Assembly (NCBI GenBank): GCA_048128005.1
Contig: JBEUKZ010000025.1
Coordinates: 248,001-289,490 of the forward strand
Length of the DNA: 41,490 nucleotides
Source of the DNA: Veleropilina oligotropha
Taxonomy: Eukaryota
Direction: 5' to 3'
Part shown: positions 34,889-41,490 of the stretch, piece by piece
Layout: each line of letters begins with the position of its first letter
Numbering within the stretch: position 1 is the first letter of the stretch
Translations under genes and position numbers: made by a program
The notes under the pieces: model-generated
Told to the model about the DNA's origin: nothing
The model's input: the letters and a program-made list of their open reading frames with translations, nothing else
The model's database searches: none

Positions 34889-37727
34889 CTAATATTGCTA
34901 CACTGTTTATTTCCAAACAAGTATTTGGATTATACCGCGTTCAAATTTCTTTGCGACCATGTTCTAGATTTCTACATGAAGGAATCACATCTCCATTTTC
35001 CACTTCAGCAAATAATACAAGAAATCGGAAACTTTATCGTAACTAGCTTTAACTCTTGCTCCGCAAGCTGAAATATTTGCTTTGTATTGCTCGTTAAACT
35101 AATATTTAGCTAACATTGGCTTGCGTTAGATAACGTTCGTTAGAAGTGAACTCATCCGTGCACTCACTGAACCCATCATGGACGCCCACACTGATTTTGG
35201 ATAAATAACTACAAAAATGTAAAATTCTATACATCATTTCCTTTCGGCACACTCCTCAATTTGACACGAAGATAGTGAAAATCTGTCTCTCGGTGATGGA
35301 GAAAACCCGGCTTAAAATAACACCAACTGCGTATATACATATCAGATTAGGGCCTATACGAATTTATGACAATATGCAGGCTCGCTGAAATCGACATTCT
35401 TGTTATCTGCATTGAACAATTTGTGCATTTCATGAAAATGGGGCGTAACATTTGGTTATAGAATCTAGCGGTTCATATTTATTCAGTGATAACAAATTTA
35501 CTATCTAATACAATCAAATTGTCGTGAAAACGTGGGCGTCATTGCACAATACGACCAAATAAATTTGCTGTCATATTCTTAACAATTTCGGGAAAACATG
35601 AGCACATCTTCAAAGTTTCCACCCCGGCAAACAGGTGGAACAACGCGTATCCAGTTGGTCATGCACCATTACCGAGTCGGCATACCGAGCCTGGCAACGG
35701 CTGAACGTCATTGATGCTCGAACCTAGAAATGTTGGGTTAAACAGAGCAACGACACGACTAAAACAGAGTTCTCTATGGAAGACTAACAATCACATTACA
35801 CTAAATATTTATTTATTTCCTTAAGGTACATTGCATTGTAATATTGCAGTTTTGTCTACATCTGTTTGGATCATCCAATTATTTATTATAGAATCAACAT
35901 CAGCGACTGTAAATGCGCAAGACTTTAAACATGTATTGTAGCCGAATTGCTGTAGGCTACATGCTATAATGAAGCTACCAAAACTACATTGATGTGTGCG
36001 ATACCTTTAAGACTTCTAGTGTATGTTCTACCATTTGGCAATGATGTCGTAGATTGCAATTTCGTAATAGTTTACGTTTTTACAGACATGTTATGCTCAT
36101 ATGAAATGTATGTTAAAATCTACGGAAGGCCAATTTACATGAACGGAATAGTTCTCAGCATGTTGTACAAAACTCAACAAATCCCTAATATTTAAATTAA
36201 TGTGCTCCGAATTTGTAATATGATAGGTTTAACGACAACGCCATCAATGTGCGTGTCTTAATAGAGTCAATCAATTTTGAATTGTGAAGCGGATTTATGC
36301 CGAGTGCAATATAGAGAGGCAGGCAGACGACGTACAAAGCGACAATTTCCGAAGCTAGAACTCCGGTCTGTTTTAGTGGCCCAACGTCAAATATATTGCT
36401 ATCATTACACGATTTTAACGATACCTGCAACGAAACCTAGTGAAGCGGTTTCCATATTACCGGGTGTATAGCGTAAAATTACACAATCATTTTGGATAGA
36501 TATCGGTTTGTCAAGTGATATGTGAATATTCTTTAAACAAATCGGCCATCAATGAATTGTAGGATTGATTACATTATTCAGTCCACTAGCGGCGGAAATG
36601 CATACACGTGGGCACACGCATAACCGCGCTGCAACAATGCGCGGTTTAAAGTGTGTGCCCATTGCTGGCGGCAAGACTATTCTTATGTTTGAATAACCTA
36701 ATAAATTGTATGGAAGTTGAAGAGTCGCTATCGGTCAACGAGGAGTACATAATCGTAAATTTAAATAGCAAACAGTAGAATATAGGATGCAGTAAGCGTC
36801 ACTACCTGCCTGATACGGTGGCATGTTATATCCGCCAGAGTCGGGATACTTCACGTATACTAACAGGATGCGGTCGATATATATACTAGTACGCACTTTT
36901 GCGGCCGCAAACTCGATACACAACATGCTCGTAAACGACATAGGCATCTGATAAGTTGTCGATGTAAATGTATTCTAAATTTATAATCGACTTAAAGCAG
37001 CAGGAAACAACCCTAGATGTTGACTAGCATATATCACATTGCTATATATTATATACGCGCAGAAATACGATGCTCACCTCCGCACAAGCCAAGATAGAAT
37101 ACTACGATTGCGCGGCGTTTTTCATAGTCGTTAGACAGATAGCATCAAAGAAGCCCGTGCCCTTAGTCGTTTCTACGAGGTTTATATTACAGTCGCCTGC
37201 ATTTAGATAAGCACATTGTATATCCTTCACAAATTAAGCAGACAAAAATTACTAGTATGCATAGTTAAGATAAGGCGACTTAACGAAATCGACTTAGCAA
37301 AATTTGGAATAAAATTAAATTCAAATTTAAGTGTCCGTCGGAGAATATCATTTTTTCTAACATTTTATATATATGTGAATTCATTTGATAACTTTTTAGA
37401 CCCATGGTTATAACAATACGTATACATATTATGCATGTAAACTATCTATATGGTATCATATACTGACCCATTGTTTATAATGTTCTACGATTGAATAAGA
37501 GCAGACGGTAATTTCACGTGATGAAAATTTCCCGCCAAATTGGATGAGTGTGGATCTAGTCATGAGGCTAACATTAACATGGACGAGACCCACGCCCATC
37601 CATCTCGGGGGACAACTTGGCTTTCTCCGGCAACAGTCGGCAAAGTCCGTCAATCAAAGTCGATACACGTTTCGTGTGCAAATTAGCAAAATTTATGTCC
37701 CATGCAATATTCTTAGTCGTCTTTTCG

Positions 37728-38603
37728 CTACGCATTTTTCTCATCACAAATGATATCTCCATATAAAATCTCGACAGCCTTTCCAGATGGTTGATTTTCG
37801 ACCAACAAACGCTTACAAATTGGGCCCCTGGCAAGGAAGACGCATCTAATCCGAGCATTTCGCGTAGAGGCAACGAACTCCACGTGTTGACATGTGTCGA
37901 TGTACAGGTAAAACGCAAAGCACACCCACTGCAGTCTAGCGTCCCCACAATCGCTGCTGTTGAATATCTCAAGTGGCCCTGACACACTTATCTCGTAGCG
38001 AGTGCATAGACATTTCTTCTCCAGAGCGCCATTAAATATTAAACAGGTAGGGTCGGTAAGCGAAGATAACGCCCCTGTAGTACACCTTGGCGACGAAACG
38101 GTTATGGAATGAGCGAATTGAAGTAATCGCTGACGTCGACAGGCAATGGATCCGATAAATTCGAATGGATTTCGTATCGACTGTATACCCTCCCGATCTT
38201 CTTCTGTGTAATGGTACTCGTCGAACAGGGCACGGACGCGCCTATTTATGCATATCGCGTCAGGGGAACAATGCCCGAGTGTCAAGTTCGCCAGCATGAA
38301 TAGAACCAATGCGCATGCGCATAATAACCATTGAAGTGTACCTTCGCAACGCTCGTGAAAAGCGAACCTGTACAAAGGAATGTCCGATCTACACGTAATA
38401 TTTCTTTTCAATTGTGTTAAACGGCACGCACGAGTCGAATAGGTAGTTTGGAGAGAAAATATACGATAATTTATTTGAAATGAACATATGTGTAATGTAC
38501 ATCGTCGCGATGGGAACAAATCTCGGATATAGTCGAATGATTTTCTGTCGGCTGATCCTTCCAAATCGACACAAAAGATGTCTATAAATATCGACCACAA
38601 CAA
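37728..38603 (-). CDS. Unassigned Cys-rich ORF (291 codons); possible coding exon at ~38368-37817
   Basis: Longest non-repetitive ORF in the window. It has an internal acceptor CCTTTGTACAG| and donor TTT|GTAAGC, a hydrophobic stretch WLLCACALVLFMLANLTLG and about 21 Cys. No family recognised. Confidence 0.4.
   Translation of the reverse strand: MLWSIFIDIFCVDLEGSADRKSFDYIRDLFPSRRCTLHICSFQINYRIFSLQTTYSTRACRLTQLKRNITCRSDIPLYRFAFHERCEGTLQWLLCACALVLFMLANLTLGHCSPDAICINRRVRALFDEYHYTEEDREGIQSIRNPFEFIGSIACRRQRLLQFAHSITVSSPRCTTGALSSLTDPTCLIFNGALEKKCLCTRYEISVSGPLEIFNSSDCGDARLQWVCFAFYLYIDTCQHVEFVASTRNARIRCVFLARGPICKRLLVENQPSGKAVEILYGDIICDEKNA
38304..38322. promoter_or_regulatory. CCAAT box adjoining a perfect NRF1-type palindrome
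   Basis: AACCAAT overlaps TGCGCATGCGCA (38310-38321). Confidence 0.35.
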
Positions 38604-38837
38604 AAGAATTGGGACTGGTTTTTAAAGCACGAAGTGAAGCCTTTCTGTTGGTTTATTGAATCTGAACAAAGGATTCCGCCGAACATTAGTCCTGGGCACT
38701 GTCTCATTTCCATAGTTACAATGACAGGATAGTATTGCTTGATAGCAGACGACATGGGGTCACGTCAAAATGTCTGAACACAGCAGTCGGAGAAAGCCAA
38801 GTTGCCGCCATGATGTTTCGCACTAATATGTATAGGC

Positions 38838-38927
38838 TAGATGGCGGATTGGAGAGTCTTATCAAAATAGAAGTCGAGCCCGTAGGGCGAGACTACTTTT
38901 TGATAAGAGTCTACAAGCTGCCGTCTA
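38838..38927. repeat. ~90-bp imperfect palindrome
   Basis: TAGATGGCGG..TCTTATCAAAA..GCCC-GTA-GGGC..TTTTGATAAGA..CTGCCGTCTA. Confidence 0.85.
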
Positions 38928-39154
38928 ACCGACTTAGAAGCTAAATTTCATTTCTCCACACAAATTATTTATAATTGTCTAATTTGATAAACTATTTATT
39001 TTATCGAAACATATTTATTACAAAATAATTCGCTTTTTTACCAATATATCAAGAAGATCCATATTGACATTACAACCTGTCACCCCTATTCTTAATAATG
39101 GGTAAGGCATCGCAAACAGTAGACCTGCAAAGTACCGTCTTCGGCAATAATAAT

Positions 39155-39215
39155 GGGGGAGAGGGCAAGGGAGGGGAGGGGAGAGAGGAGGGGAGAGGAG
39201 AGGAGAGGGAGAGGA
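39155..39215 (+). repeat. Polypurine (G/A) tract
   Basis: About 60 bp of almost only G and A, with several GGG runs. Confidence 0.85.
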
Positions 39216-39623
39216 TCTCAAACGAGTTTCGATTTCATATGAGAATTTGGAAACGAGTCTGGCACAATTTATGTACCGAACCTTGGCGAGGTACATAAAT
39301 TTGCTGACTAGTTTCATAATAATTCTAATATGAAATGGAAACGAGTTTGAGATTTTCTTTATCACATGACTTTATTTACCTTTAAACTTATTTTTTTTTA
39401 CGTTTTTAAATTGATTTTTTTACTTTTTTAAACTGATTTCTGTCAGTATTTTCAGTCATAAAATTGCCTGCCTCAGACGCACCACGCCTCGACAGCACGT
39501 GCCACGCCAAAATACACACGTACGCCAATAAAAATAGTTCCGTAATTTGTCTCTAGCTCAGACGTCTTTGTTTTGTCAACAGAGGACATGTTAACGCGTA
39601 CGAATTATTCAATATGTTAATTA

Positions 39624-40277
39624 AGCCCCGTTTCCATATGCACGACATCCGACGTCCGACATGCGAAGTTAGCGCTTTCATGAAAAAATATAAGGACCAT
39701 TTCCATATGCCCGACGTCCGAATATTATTTTCGCTACGTGTAGCGAAAAAATGAGAAATTCGGACTGTCGGACGTTGGAATTCCGCAAATATTACGTCAT
39801 AACATAGATGTTTTCCCAAAACACCAGTCGCCCAGCATAAAAATTAACACGAAGAGTATTTTAAAGCTAATACTTCTTGTGAGATGTAGACAATTTTAAT
39901 ATTTAATATGATACATAACTGAAATAGTTGTATTGTACAAATCTCAGACCATAAGTATCTAAATCTAATTATTCGATAAGGTGATTGTATACGCCATATC
40001 GGAATCTATTTCGATATATCATGAATTGACCATCTATGTTTCCTCTTCATGTCATCATCTTCTGATTGTTCGTTTATACCGTTAATATCCATAACATTCA
40101 TAATAGTATTCATATTTGAGTGCTGAGAGAAGGCCCTGCATGGTCGTATATGAATGAAAATACAGAATTATAGTGTTTTGACACATAATTATGGAAACAC
40201 GTTTTATATATTTTCGGATGTCGGACGTCGGACGACGTATGTCGTTTGTCGGACGTCGTGCAAATGGAAACCAGTCT
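39624..40277. mobile_element. PIF/Harbinger-type MITE with TTA TSD
   Basis: TIR AGCCCCGTTTCCATATGCACGACATCCGAC / GTCGGACGTCGTGCAAATGGAAACCAGTCT, with TTA on both flanks and subterminal TCCGACG repeats. Confidence 0.85.
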
Positions 40278-40401
40278 TTAGGGTGATTCGGCAGATGCGA
40301 CGAGGAATGGCAACATGCTCCCCTCATTTGCATAGTTATGTTACATGTGATCATATTGAAATTATGAAATGGGTTTAGCTGTTGCATAACAGCTGTGCCA
40401 T

Positions 40402-40742
<341 letters not shown>

Positions 40743-40930
40743 TTACCCTCGCCTCCGGAGGAGAGGCGAGGGTATTGCAATCGGCTCCATTTGTATGTAT
40801 GTATGTATGTATATCCATTCGCATAACTCGAAAACTATGGATACGATTTACTTGAAATATTTACACAAGATAAAGTTTCTCCGTGGCTCGGTCCTCCTCG
40901 AAGATGGTTCGGATTGTGATCCGGGTCCGG
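40743..40930. mobile_element. End of a HINE/pearl-like element
   Basis: A 12-bp-stem hairpin TACCCTCGCCTC-7nt-GAGGCGAGGGTA followed by (GTAT)n and CATAACTCGAAAACT. Confidence 0.7.
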
Positions 40931-40934
40931 ATTT

Positions 40935-41490
40935 TATAACGCAATATTCGGTTTACTCATTTTCGGCTTTAGCGTTAAAACGCTTCGCCGTACAAACTTC
41001 AAATAGGCTCAGAATGTTCTTTAAATCAGGGGCCAATGACAACATGAATTATATAGACTCTACCTCACACAAGATGGCCGCCAGGGGAATTTAAAATTTA
41101 AAAAATACGGGGTCAAAGTCTAATTCCGCCAAATCGAATAAAATTGTGTAAATTCGTTATGCAAATCGTAGTCCTGATGAAACTAGAACGCCCAGTCACG
41201 AGTGACCGCATATGTTTTCCCCGTTAATCCAGGATGAAATGCACATACCAAATTTGAAAGCATTCCGTTAAGAAAAGACCTGTCTAGAGCGATCAGAAGG
41301 AATTATGCTTTAAAATCCAATATGGAGGCGACAGCGACCATCTTGGGAAGTCGGACCACTCCCAAGACATCTAGGTGTCGTGTTCCCGCCCAAACCAATG
41401 CACATACCAAATTTGAATACATTCCATTAATAAATGGCCTGTCTAGAGCGATCACGAGGAGTCTCTCGGCGGCGGTCATCTTGGATGTCG
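40935..41490. repeat. Interspersed repeat with ~178-bp tandem units, running off the window
   Basis: AATGCACATACCAAATTTGAA..CATTCC.TTAA..CCTGTCTAGAGCGATCA occurs twice; AAGATGGCCGCC and CATCTTGG motifs are present. Confidence 0.7.

Overview
AT-rich eukaryotic (metazoan, probably marine invertebrate) DNA with no prokaryotic operons, CRISPR array, rRNA or intact tRNA. The first ~15 kb is a nested transposon graveyard. A tRNA-SINE was split by a ~7.4-kb Academ-type DNA transposon (1609-8967) whose two arms both carry the transposase C-terminal Cys-finger region. That element was hit by an RTE LINE, which was then hit by four SINEs. Remnants of an I-group LINE, a BEL/Pao integrase and a second RTE follow. 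From ~18 to ~39.5 kb the window looks like a minus-strand host transcription unit, with a polyA signal near 18.1 kb, a ~3.4-kb terminal exon and several candidate internal exons. It includes an unexplained 291-codon Cys-rich ORF at 37.7-38.6 kb. The region is dotted with SINEs, MITEs (5-bp, TTA, AAT and 9-bp TSDs), Helentron-like elements, mini/microsatellites and candidate cis-elements. No host gene could be named and no intact novel protein system could be demonstrated. All family assignments come from motif recognition by eye, not database searches.
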